DNA from: Macrostomum lignano
Lineage: Eukaryota
NCBI GenBank assembly: GCA_002269645.1
Contig: NIVC01004484.1
Coordinates: 1-44,527 of the forward strand
Reading direction: 5' to 3'
DNA: 44,527 nt
Below the pieces are notes generated by a model. The model searched no databases. It saw only the letters and a list, made by a program, of their open reading frames with translations, and had not been told where the DNA came from. The position numbers and the translations under genes are program-made. Of this stretch, positions 10,037 through 19,520 are shown one piece after another (within the stretch, counting starts at the first letter, position 1; every line of letters begins with the position of its first letter).

Positions 10037-11323
10037 ATGAACGACCCACTGACACCAGTTTTCTACAAAATTAACAAGCCTATTTTGAGTGATAATAGCA
10101 CAATCAAAGCGACTCAGGTAAGAGTTCCCAGTCAGGAAAATCAGAATGAAACTAATCTTGGTCCTGGTCAAACACTGACATTTACATACAATGGATGTTC
10201 GTCTTTGGTTAGTGTGCACAGTCTTAAGAGCGGCTTCCATATGACATTTCAATTCAAGACAAAGGGTGGTGCGGATGCGGCTCGTGCTAACGTTGACAAG
10301 CATGATGCGGATGTGGCTCTGATCAGTAACTTTTGGGCGTACATGTTCAAGGAGTTTAGTGTATCGAATGGGAGCACTGAGTTGGAGCGAATCGCCAACT
10401 TTGGAATTGTCTATGACGCTCATTGTTTGATCGAGAATCCTGATTTTATTCAATTGGGAAGTGGTGCGGGTTTTATTGCAGATGAAAAAGAAGGAGATAT
10501 CAATGACAGTGGCTATAAAAAGAGGAAGAAGAGATACAACTATGCATTGCAAGGTGCTGATGATGCTGCTAAGAACCCGCTGTATCGGTCTGTTGATGTA
10601 TTTGTACCATTGAGATTCATGAGTGGATTCTGTAATACATTTAATCGACTGACTAGTAACTTTAGCTACACCTTTAAGATGACTAGAGATGATCGCAGTA
10701 GAGTGTTGTGGACTGGGGCGGACCACACAAGGATGGAGGTGAAGCTAACTGGAATCGAGCTGTATTTGGAAGTCATTGAGCCAAAGACTGCACTAAAAGC
10801 GGATTATCTCAAGGCAATAGAGAAGGACATTGATGTTGCATACACGGCCTACATGTGTCGAGATGAGCGAAACGAAACTAGAACAAACATCTGCATCAAA
10901 GAGGGATCATGCAGCAATCCAAGGTATATCATTATTAATATGAGAAACCCAAATAGCATTATACGCTACATGCATGGAGACGTGCGGTCCATTCAGCATG
11001 AAATCAGTGATAATCTTTACCCTGCACTGCCACAAAATGGAGATTTCAGTCAGAACAAGATTAGCAAATTTTACAGCGAGTTGGTCGACTTGGCTGTGAA
11101 AGAGAACAATGGAATTGCTATCACTGCTCTCCAATATGGAACTCTATATCCGATGTTTGGCGCTGATGTGTCTGCCAGACAAATGCCTACTGATAACAGC
11201 CCTGTGAATATCGTGACTAACATTGAAAGGACTGCCGCAACACCCGTGGACCTGTACATTGTCTATGCATTTGAGAGGAAGGTGAAGCTTAACATGATCA
11301 ACAATTCATCCAGTAAAGTTTAA
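10037..11323 (+). CDS. Major capsid protein (double jelly-roll, PY)
   Basis: Intact 428 aa. Beta-rich sequence with VFVPLRFMSGFC, PRYIII, YPALPQNGDFSQNKISKFYSEL and QYGTLYPMFGADVS, typical of Maverick MCPs; lies immediately upstream of the penton gene. Confidence 0.88.
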   Translation: MNDPLTPVFYKINKPILSDNSTIKATQVRVPSQENQNETNLGPGQTLTFTYNGCSSLVSVHSLKSGFHMTFQFKTKGGADAARANVDKHDADVALISNFWAYMFKEFSVSNGSTELERIANFGIVYDAHCLIENPDFIQLGSGAGFIADEKEGDINDSGYKKRKKRYNYALQGADDAAKNPLYRSVDVFVPLRFMSGFCNTFNRLTSNFSYTFKMTRDDRSRVLWTGADHTRMEVKLTGIELYLEVIEPKTALKADYLKAIEKDIDVAYTAYMCRDERNETRTNICIKEGSCSNPRYIIINMRNPNSIIRYMHGDVRSIQHEISDNLYPALPQNGDFSQNKISKFYSELVDLAVKENNGIAITALQYGTLYPMFGADVSARQMPTDNSPVNIVTNIERTAATPVDLYIVYAFERKVKLNMINNSSSKV

Positions 11324-11343
11324 ATATTTTTTTAGGACAAAAA

Positions 11344-12207
11344 ATGGAAGCTATAGCCGAAAGACTAAATAACATTGTTTCACACTCTAAGGAGAGCATT
11401 CCTATTACAATAACTGGGCGAATTAATGACTCAAACGGGATGTTTGTTGAAAAATTAGAGCAGGCGATTCGCTTGGATCCAGGCGCTAATTACCATGTCT
11501 ATCTTAACGACTTCACTGGTTGGTCAAACGTTCCCAATGTGATGGCAGCAAATAATAAGTTTTATTACAAATGGAAAGGCGCAGCAGCAGACCCTGTGGT
11601 ATTCCATGTGAGCACGCAAAGTGTGGATACCTACAATAACTTTCTAGAAAATGTCTTTACTAAGAGAGGCCATTTTGAGACACCTGATGCGAGTAAGCCA
11701 GAAAAGAAACTGTTCCCTGTCAAACTAACCTATGATCTCACTGTAATGAGAGTGGTCATGCAAGTTCACAAAGATGCGGAGGTTGAGTTTAAAGATGACA
11801 CTTGGTATAGGGAACTGGGATTCGAGAAGAAAGTTTATAAGGCAGAATCCGCGGCGCGGACCGCCACTCAAGCATCGGGGACCGTTAAAATGGCCCGGGA
11901 AAATGTAAGCGGTTTGTTCTTAGCACCCAATATTGCAGACATTGTAAAGGGTTTGAATATTCTAATCAGAAGCAATCTCAGTCTTGATTGGGTATTTAAG
12001 GGAAAGCGAACGAATATTTTGTACAATATCTCCAACTCTGTAGCTGGAGGACAGATGGTGGTAGAGAAACCAAATCCAGTGAAAAGAGTTGTATTGAGTA
12101 ATAAGGAGATTCACGAGATTGTGCTACAGTTTGAGACTGAAGATGGGGTAGGTGTTGATTTTAATGGGGAAGAGTTTGTATTGACGTTGATCATTGAGAG
12201 AATGTGA
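11344..12207 (+). CDS. Minor capsid / penton protein (single jelly-roll, PX)
   Basis: Intact 287 aa. IRLDPGANYHVYL, SNVPNV..ANNKFYY, DIVKGLNILIRSNL, TNILYNI, EKPNPV, IHEIVLQFETEDGVGVDFNGEEFVLTLII. Confidence 0.88.
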   Translation: MEAIAERLNNIVSHSKESIPITITGRINDSNGMFVEKLEQAIRLDPGANYHVYLNDFTGWSNVPNVMAANNKFYYKWKGAAADPVVFHVSTQSVDTYNNFLENVFTKRGHFETPDASKPEKKLFPVKLTYDLTVMRVVMQVHKDAEVEFKDDTWYRELGFEKKVYKAESAARTATQASGTVKMARENVSGLFLAPNIADIVKGLNILIRSNLSLDWVFKGKRTNILYNISNSVAGGQMVVEKPNPVKRVVLSNKEIHEIVLQFETEDGVGVDFNGEEFVLTLIIERM

Positions 12208-12639
12208 GAAAATGCGTTCCCTTTTAAGTATGCTTGCCGAGAATAGAGTGGTATGAAAAAATGCGCGCATGTGTACTCAAAATCTCTTACCCCATTCTGA
12301 CAGTTTGTGGGCGCGGCCGTCTCGTGTGTGGGGGGAGAGGGGAGTGTATGTGTGTGGGTGCAGCGTGCGTGGGGGAGAGAGATTTTCACTTTAACTGAGC
12401 CCAGCCGAGGAAGAATTTCCTTGATTGATATTGGCCTTCGCTTCTCTTCTCTCCACACAAGTGTACAGTCTTGAGCACACTGGTTTCGGTTACAATCTCT
12501 CTTTCCACCATGCTTCTCCTTGGGGGGGGGTGGTGGGGGGGGTTTGTATTATATGCTTCTAATAAAGAAATAGGCAGACTGCTGAAAGAAATAGGAGAAA
12601 TTTGTTTCTAGCGGACGCTCGAACTCGCATCGTATCTTC

Positions 12640-12736
12640 GTAAGTAAATCCTGACTTACTTTAAACCATTTTCTGTAACTTTCAGTTGCTTTTTTAATTC
12701 TAAACTATTTAAAACACTCTACTTATATATTTGTAG
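12640..12736 (+). other. Candidate 97-nt 5'-UTR intron of the terminal ORF
   Basis: Donor TC|GTAAGT at 12640 and acceptor TATATTTGTAG at 12736, five bases before ATG 12742. Confidence 0.5.
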
Positions 12737-12741
12737 ACAAA

Positions 12742-13464
12742 ATGTTTAATGCAACTACAGCCAGAATCACCATGCAAGATCTCACAGGTTTTATCGATTC
12801 CATCGATCAATTTATTGTTGAGGAGCATAAGGATGACGTTAAAGACATGGTTCGAGAACTCTGGGAAAGATTATCTGAAGATGAAGAAAGGCATCTGCGA
12901 GTCAGTGAAGAAATGAAAATACGGAAGATGAAGGAAAGAGCCACGGATGTATTCCATAAACTTCGAAGTTCGCTTCAATATGAGAACGAGCAAGCGGCTC
13001 AGGCAGAGGTAATTAGTGAGGGGGAGTTAGAAGCCATCTGCAACGACATCACAAACCGAGGTCCTGTTGACAATGGGGTGCCGGAACTGCATGAAAACCT
13101 GGTTAAGCAGGGCCAAATTTACAACCGGCGAACTTGGGTGGCAGCATTTTTTCTTGGAAAAGTGTATGACCAATTTATTACGAGGCATCAGCAGACATTA
13201 ACAAGCCTGGCGGAACTGTTCAGCGTGAGTTACTACCACGTGCAATCCCGCCATAACATCTATACTCTGGTGACCGAGCTTCCACGGCTCCGCTTTTGCT
13301 CTGTTTCGGCTACATTCCTGCATGACAACTCTAGGACGATTCGGAGCGAAAGGTGGTGGCAAACGGATGCAGCAGATTGGCTAGATCCGACTCCCCCAAC
13401 AAGACCTCCATCGGCGGCTGAACTTCAGGGCCTTCTCGATGCTTACTGTGAGTTATCTGTGTGA
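12742..13464 (+). CDS. Terminal hypothetical protein (240 aa), unknown function
   Basis: Intact ORF with coding-like composition. Helical N-terminal half; C-terminal FFLGKVY...FSVSYYHV...IYTLVTELPRLRFC could be HTH-like. Preceded by the ACAAA-ATG context and a candidate 5'-UTR intron. Confidence 0.75.
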   Translation: MFNATTARITMQDLTGFIDSIDQFIVEEHKDDVKDMVRELWERLSEDEERHLRVSEEMKIRKMKERATDVFHKLRSSLQYENEQAAQAEVISEGELEAICNDITNRGPVDNGVPELHENLVKQGQIYNRRTWVAAFFLGKVYDQFITRHQQTLTSLAELFSVSYYHVQSRHNIYTLVTELPRLRFCSVSATFLHDNSRTIRSERWWQTDAADWLDPTPPTRPPSAAELQGLLDAYCELSV

Positions 13465-13699
13465 AATGAAGGAAAAAACGTGTGTATTATTGGCCCACCC
13501 AATATGTGTGAAATGAAGGAAAAAACCGTGTGTATTATTGGCCCACCCAATATGTGTGAAATGAAGGAAAAAACCGTGTGTATTATTGGCCCACCCAATA
13601 TGTGTGAAATGAAGGAAAAAACCGTGTGTATTATTGGCCCACCCAATATGTGTGAAATGAAGGAAAAAACCGTGTGTATTATTGGCCCACCCAATATGT
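13459..13699. repeat. 48-bp tandem array x5 containing the dyad TATTGG-CCCAC-CCAATA
   Basis: GGCCCACCC at 13492, 13540, 13588, 13636 and 13684; copies are near-identical with no spacers. Confidence 0.95.
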
Positions 13700-13799
13700 G
13701 TGTCTTGTGCTAAAAATAGCCAGAGCTTGCTGTGTAAAAAAGCACGCGACAGTGTGGAATGTGGAACGTGGGGGGGGGGGATTTTCTCAACTGTAGCTG

Positions 13800-13998
13800 G
13801 ACCAATATGTGAGGTGGTGGAAAAACCTTGTGTATTATTGGTAGAACCAATATGTGTGGGACAATGGAAAAACCTTGTGTATTATTGGTAGAACCAATAT
13901 GTGTGGGACAATGGAAAAACCGTGTGTATTATTGGTAGAACCAATATGTGTGGGACAATGGAAAAACCGTGTGTATTATTGGTAGAACCAATATGTGT
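13800..13998. repeat. 47-bp tandem array x4 containing the dyad TATTGG-TAGAA-CCAATA
   Basis: GGTAGAACC at 13840, 13887, 13934 and 13981; shares the TGTGTATTATTGG..CCAATATGTG core with the 48-bp array. Confidence 0.95.
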
Positions 13999-14281
13999 CC
14001 TGCGCTCTCCCCACTGCCTCTCTTTTATAAAAATATAGTACTAATGTGAATACTACCACTCAACTTTTTGCTGCAGATGATGAAGCTGCTGCTGTTGGAG
14101 ACGGTCAAGCAGCTATGGATGACTGAGCTCTTTTGAACAACTTAGCATTGATATTATGGACTTAAAGTCGCTAATCTAAATACACTCTGGTTGTAATTTT
14201 TAAGCCTCTTCTAACTTCAAAGCCTGCTTATTAAAATAAATGATAACTGAATCAACATATTCCGGTTTTTTTTGCCAATTG

Positions 14282-14840
14282 ACGAAGCTTCGTAAACTCT
14301 TTAATGAAAAAGCAGAAAATGCTAAAATATATTTTTAACCTAATGCTAGTAAAAGTAGTAGTTCAGAGTGAAAATTCTAAGCGACAGAAAATTTCAACTT
14401 ACGAAGCTTCGTAAACTCTTTAATAAGAAAGCAGAAAATGCAAAAATATATATTTAACCTACTGCTAATAGAAGTAGTAGTTCAGAGTGAAAAGCATAAA
14501 ATGCTAAAGTATATTTTTAACCTACTACTAGTAGAAGTAGTAGTTCAGAGTGAAAATTTTAAGCGACAGAAAATTTCAATTTATGGAGCATTGTAAACTC
14601 TTTAATGAAAAAAGCGTAAGATGCTAAAATATATTTTTAACCCACTGCTAATAGAAGTAGTAGTTCAGAGTGAAAATTTTAAGCGAAAGAAAATTTCAAT
14701 TTACGAAGCTTTGTAAACTCTTTAATGAAAAAGCATAAAATGCTAAAATATATTTTTAACCCACTGCTAATAGAAGTAGTAGTTTAGAGTGAATATCTTT
14801 AGCGACAGAAAAATTCAATTTACGAAGCTTCGTAAACATA
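14282..14840. repeat. ~120-bp diverged tandem repeat (~5 units) beginning with the palindrome ACGAAGCTTCGT
   Basis: Unit starts near 14282, 14401, 14582, 14703 and 14822, with a partial internal duplication around 14490-14580. Confidence 0.85.
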
Positions 14841-15032
14841 TAAAAGACAATCAAGATTCAGAGAAAATTTAGATTTTTTCAAAGGGTAAGGACCCTGCGC
14901 TGATGATTTAAAGTCTTAGGGATCTGGTTTCATGTTGCGAATTGAATGTGGGGATAAGAATGCAGATTGTTTTCTGATTGTTTCGAAGATGCTATGGGTG
15001 GATGTTGGTGTCAATGAACATAACAGGTGTTA

Positions 15033-17738
15033 CAAGGACCACTAGAAGTTACCGTTGTATCAGGACGCAACACTCGTAAATATTGCAAATTTATTTGAAG
15101 GCCCGCTTGTTTGCATTGCAGCTGAACTTTAAATGCTCATAACTCCGGACTGGTTGCACTTAAAAAGATATTTTTTTTCGCCAGGTTGCTCAAAATTTTA
15201 TTTTCTTTAACATGATGCAAAGTTTGGCGCTATATCTACATGTAGGAGCGGCGGGCGTACAGTAAAGTAACGGCAATACACAATATTTCATTGCATACAG
15301 AATGAATAAAGTTTCAGTTACTTCAATCATTGCCTCCTAGTCTCGATAAAGTAGCAGACCATACTTTATATCCTCCAGTTTGGAAGCTTTATAAAGCAGA
15401 TAATCTGTACAGAGTTGAGTAGGCTGCAAAGGCATTATATACACTTCACTATCAATAACCAGTATAATCAAAATCAGGAAGGCATAATATTTCCGAAATC
15501 TTGGCACACCTGCCCAACAAGGACTCCAACATTCAAAATCTTTCTTTTGTTGTTGAAATGAACAGTAGGAGTCAAATAAAACTTGTACAGTATCACAACT
15601 TTATTTTTATTCAAGTTCACATTCGATATAAGAATATCTAGTTTCAGAAAAATGCATGCGAAATTAGAAAACAAAGTTAAAAACTAACAGTAAGCCAATG
15701 TATTTTAAACAATTGAACCTTCATATCAATCAACAATCAAGTCACATTGTCAAAAAGTCTCTTAAAATCACAAAACATAATTAATTACAGTACTTCACTA
15801 TGGTAGCTCAGCAGACATTGATGGATGAACATCTAGATTGGATGACTCAGCACAACTGAAATGAAACCAATGTGGGATTAATAAATACATGCTTTGCAAT
15901 GAACAACAAAATAAAAGCCTTGTTTCTAGTTAATGAATATATTTTCTCTATAATCCAACATGTATGAAACAAAGTTTAGAATATCAAAATCATAGCTGGT
16001 TTAACTAACATGAAACTGACAAAATTAAGGTATATTGAATATAGATATAAAGGTGAATAGACAAGATATAAGAGATAAGAGAAGAGGAAGATGAGAGAGC
16101 AGAGAGGAAAGATGGAAAAGTAGAGAACAGAGGAAAGAGAAAAGACAAAGAGGAGAGGAAAGATAAGATAACAATGGAGAGAGAAGAGAGGAGAGGGAAA
16201 GAAGAGTAGAGAGCAGAGAATAGAAATAAGAGTTAAGATAAAAGAGGAGGGATAAGAGAGGAGAGAAGGGAGAGATGGCAAGATGATTTAGATGAAATGA
16301 AAAAACAAGAGAGAGAAAAGAGAAGTCTCAAAGAACCAGAGGGATTAAGAGAGGAAAAACATTTTTTTGCATATTGAAGGTACTAACTAACATAAGAATG
16401 TCATGTAAGTAATGAATATATATATGCCTATATAATTAATTATAAATAGAACCCTATATCTAACAAAATTTTCAACAAATTATCAAACCAATAGTGAAAT
16501 ATAGGAATAAAAATAAATAATAATAAATAATAATAATAATATATATAAAGATTAAAGATAACTGAAAGCCAAAAGGTTTTTTGCAAATAAATAATTCTGT
16601 ATTATTTTAATACAAAGAATTGCAAGCAAACAGAAACTGCCAACTGGTAATAAAAGAAAACTAAAGAAAAAAGTTGCAGCAATATAACTTCTAAAAATAG
16701 GCCTAGGACTAGGTGCTATAAATATCCATATCTTTAAGATAGTATGTAGTACATTATAGTATTATTGTTAAAAGTAGAAAAAAGTATTTTAGTAAAAAAT
16801 ACATTCAGAAATTAAAAAAAGCCAATATAATAAACTTTAGCCTTGTTGTTCCTAGGCCTATGTGAAAACAACTTCAATAGGCCCTATGCTAAATTATATA
16901 CTCAATACAAATTAAAGCATAGGTTAAGGGTTAACTATAGCAATATCTTATTGGTTGGATAGATTAAAAACAAATAGTAAACTATCATTTGACTTGTCTG
17001 ACACTAACATGTCATTAGGCCTAAGCATGAGTAGGTCCTATATGAGATTAGTCTTCAAGTCTTCCAATAATTGAATTTGGCATGATATATTAAACATATA
17101 TAGGGAAATTATTGATTTGACAATTTTTACCTTAAAATAACTAGATCTAAGTTAACAAGCTAGGCCTATTTTAAAACAATAATAGAATATAATAAATCAT
17201 GGTAGGCCTAGGCATAGTAGCTATAGGCCTAGCTGTTGTTAGGCCTACGCCTACTAGCTTTAGTGTGATAATGACAACTGCCATGACAGCAAAAAGCCAA
17301 AAGGCTAAGGTTAGGCCTATAAAGTTAGCATAATAATATACTTGTTAAACTACTTTTTTGTTGATAGTTAATTAGTTAGAAGCCCATCTGATCCTTTTCT
17401 CAAGCTTTGTCGAATTAGTAGTTCTAGCACTTAGCAGTATATGTCAACTGTCTGCATAAAACCTTGGCTTAGGAAATTCTAAAACGAGTTTCATATAGTG
17501 ATATAATTACTTAAAATATCTAGATTTAACAGATTAAAGCCTAAATAAAGTATAAATACACCTATTTATGGAGCTTCTGAGGCTCAAATGTAGTGCATGC
17601 TTCTTTAAAACAGTCAAGTAGAATACTTTTTTGAAGGCAAGTACCGATAAATACACGTAAACAAGCGGGCCTTCAAATAATTTTGCAATATTTACGAGTG
17701 TTGCGTCCTGATACAACGGTAACTTCTAGTGGTCCTTG
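15033..17738. mobile_element. Non-autonomous TIR DNA transposon (P- or hAT-type), 2706 bp
   Basis: 80-bp TIRs at 15033-15112 and 17659-17738 (CAAGGACCACTAGAAGTTACCG..., 1 mismatch). Perfect 8-bp TSD AGGTGTTA at 15025-15032 and 17739-17746. No transposase ORF inside. Confidence 0.92.
15975..16330. repeat. Polypurine (GA-rich) low-complexity tract
   Basis: Nearly pure A/G on the + strand; this explains the spurious L/F/S-rich ORF 15976-16281. Confidence 0.85.
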
Positions 17739-17765
17739 AGGTGTTAGTGGACATCTGTTATGCAC

Positions 17766-17980
17766 TGATTCTGTCAGGGATAATATGGATGGATTTAATA
17801 CGATTATGTTCGAAGTTTTCGGAGCAAGTGCGACCCCTCCACTTTTTCATGATTCTGTCAGGGATAATATGGATGGATTTAATGGGATTATGGAGGACGT
17901 TTTGTGAGCGAGTGCGACCCCCCTTTTTTTCTGATTCTGTCAGGGATAATATGGATGGATTTAATGGGATTATGGAGGAC
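17766..17980. repeat. ~83-bp tandem repeat x3 (TGATTCTGTCAGGGATAATATGGATGGATTTAAT core)
   Basis: Core starts at 17766, 17850 and 17932. Confidence 0.85.
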
Positions 17981-19520
17981 GTGAAAAATTTTGTCCCAGA
18001 AGCCCCCTCATGCCTTCTACTTTTTCAGTTGAGGTTATTGATGAGGAAAAAAATACTACAATCGTACTCACATGTCACCGAGCGACGAATCACAGTGTTC
18101 GAGTGTTCGATGGCCGCCTGGGCCACTCCGATTCGTAATGTGGCAAGACCGATAAATATCGGGATGCGCTTTTGCAGAAACCAGTGGGATAAAATGCAGG
18201 TTTAAAAGCAAACTTGTTCTAGATTATAAGCTACAAGTATGCTCGATAATAATAATAGCTAAATATGCAAAGGTTACTAGCAATCTTGTCTGATATTTAT
18301 AGTGAGCAGTAAATCGTTTTTAAACGTTTTCTTATTTTGGATTCAAATAAAGGACAACAAGAAATTTGACTGGTTTCTTTCGACAGTAACACTGTCTTGT
18401 ACATTACCACTCTTGATTGGTGGTAAACAATTCAATTCAAAGATGATAAGCAATTTGCCGATTATATTTATTGGGTAAATAACCGGCTGCACAATTTGTT
18501 GCTGTAGAGCAGTTGGATTTCCGAGTCAATGAGAGTGTGTGTTACGTATTTCAATTAATGCATTAAACTTAAGGTTAGTTTCCTTCCCCTAGTGCCATTT
18601 ATGTTGCGGGAATGTTGTACAAATGTTGACGCGCAACAAGTGGTAAACGTTGCTAGAAGCGACCGTTTGTCGCGCAAAACAACGTTGCAGAATGGTTGAC
18701 GCATCAACATTGCAAAATCAACATACATCAACATCTGTGCAACATGTAGTCGTCGTGTCTACTATTAGTAGTATCTAATGTATGTGTATTATTCTATATA
18801 CTACATATATTTCGTATCACTTTCATTCTATAATATACGACGACTCTACTATTACACTTGCTTATGTCTTTCTTTCGCATGCCATGCATTAATTTTGGAT
18901 TGTTGTTAAGGAACTTCTACCGGTAGTAACACTGACTACATAGTAAAAAATCTGTAGCTTGCACACAGGTTCAAAAATCGAGACTCCTACATCTTGAAAT
19001 AATACGAAAATACGGCCATGACTTAGCATTTGCTAAAAAGAATAAGTAAAATAGCAAAAAACGTTTCGATTTAAAGGTCTGCGAAGATTAGCTAATGAGC
19101 ACCATTAATTTTTTTTGTTTTATCGTAAACACATCAGATCAGACGGTTACCATTATAGTAGGTCAAGAAAGCAATAAAAATATTTACTACATTAGATGCG
19201 CATGATGTGTATCTTTGTGTGTGACTGCAAGCTGCAACCTGCAGTGTTTCTTTTAATGAATAAAAAAGTTAGCAGGAAAATAAGAGATTCGCAAAACTAT
19301 TATTAATGGCAACTGCTATTTGCATGCTGGCAAAACAGACATGTCGTTCAGAAAAGATGCAAAGATAACTAGAGATCTGATGGCGATGATTAAAAACAGC
19401 TATAGCCTCCAAAGAGATTCACCTAACCTAGAGCGAGTCTATACTGATCTTTGTTCTTAGAACTTAGAACAACTAGTTTTATTAAGCCACCAATCCCGTG
19501 AAGTCTGAACTCCTATTTAC

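Larger units (their letters stand above)
1..14060. mobile_element. Maverick/Polinton (adintovirus-like) endogenous virus, left terminus outside the window
   Basis: All hallmark genes are co-located: rve integrase, pPolB, adenain protease, A32-type ATPase, double-jelly-roll MCP and penton-like minor capsid. Compact, gene-dense layout followed by subterminal tandem repeats. The right boundary is inferred from ...TACTACCACT at 14051-14060 and is less certain than the element call. Confidence 0.95.
14900..18205 (+). mobile_element. Highly degenerate L1/Tx1-like LINE remnant split by the 15033-17738 insertion
   Basis: FKVLGIWF at ~14907. The same frame continues across the excised insertion into VLVDICYALILSGIIW, and a Tx1-like C-terminal stretch (LRLLMRKKILQSY...FECSMAAW) follows near 18030-18125. 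Many stops. Confidence 0.35.

Noticed and set aside
10010-10726. 238-aa antisense ORF overlapping MCP
   Set aside because: Non-ATG start, no recognisable motifs, and composition typical of an antisense shadow.
12742-13464. LxCxE Rb-binding motif in the terminal ORF (E1A-like oncoprotein)
   Set aside because: The closest matches (DAYCEL, EAICND, LRFCSV) do not fit LxCxE.
13485-13505. NFI/CTF binding site as in adenovirus origins
   Set aside because: NFI needs TTGGC-N5-GCCAA (15 bp); here TTGG-N5-CCAA spans 13 bp, so the spacing is wrong. Kept only as an unknown dyad.
13443-13891. ORFs 13443-13694, 13480-13713 and 13682-13891
   Set aside because: They are translations of the tandem arrays.
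13459-13998. CRISPR-like array
   Set aside because: Units are contiguous tandem copies with no unique spacers, there are no cas genes, and the context is eukaryotic.
15300-17500. THAP or P-transposase remnant inside the 80-bp-TIR element
   Set aside because: Manual translation near 17490 and 15300-15600 gave only short stop-ridden frames without C2CH or catalytic motifs.
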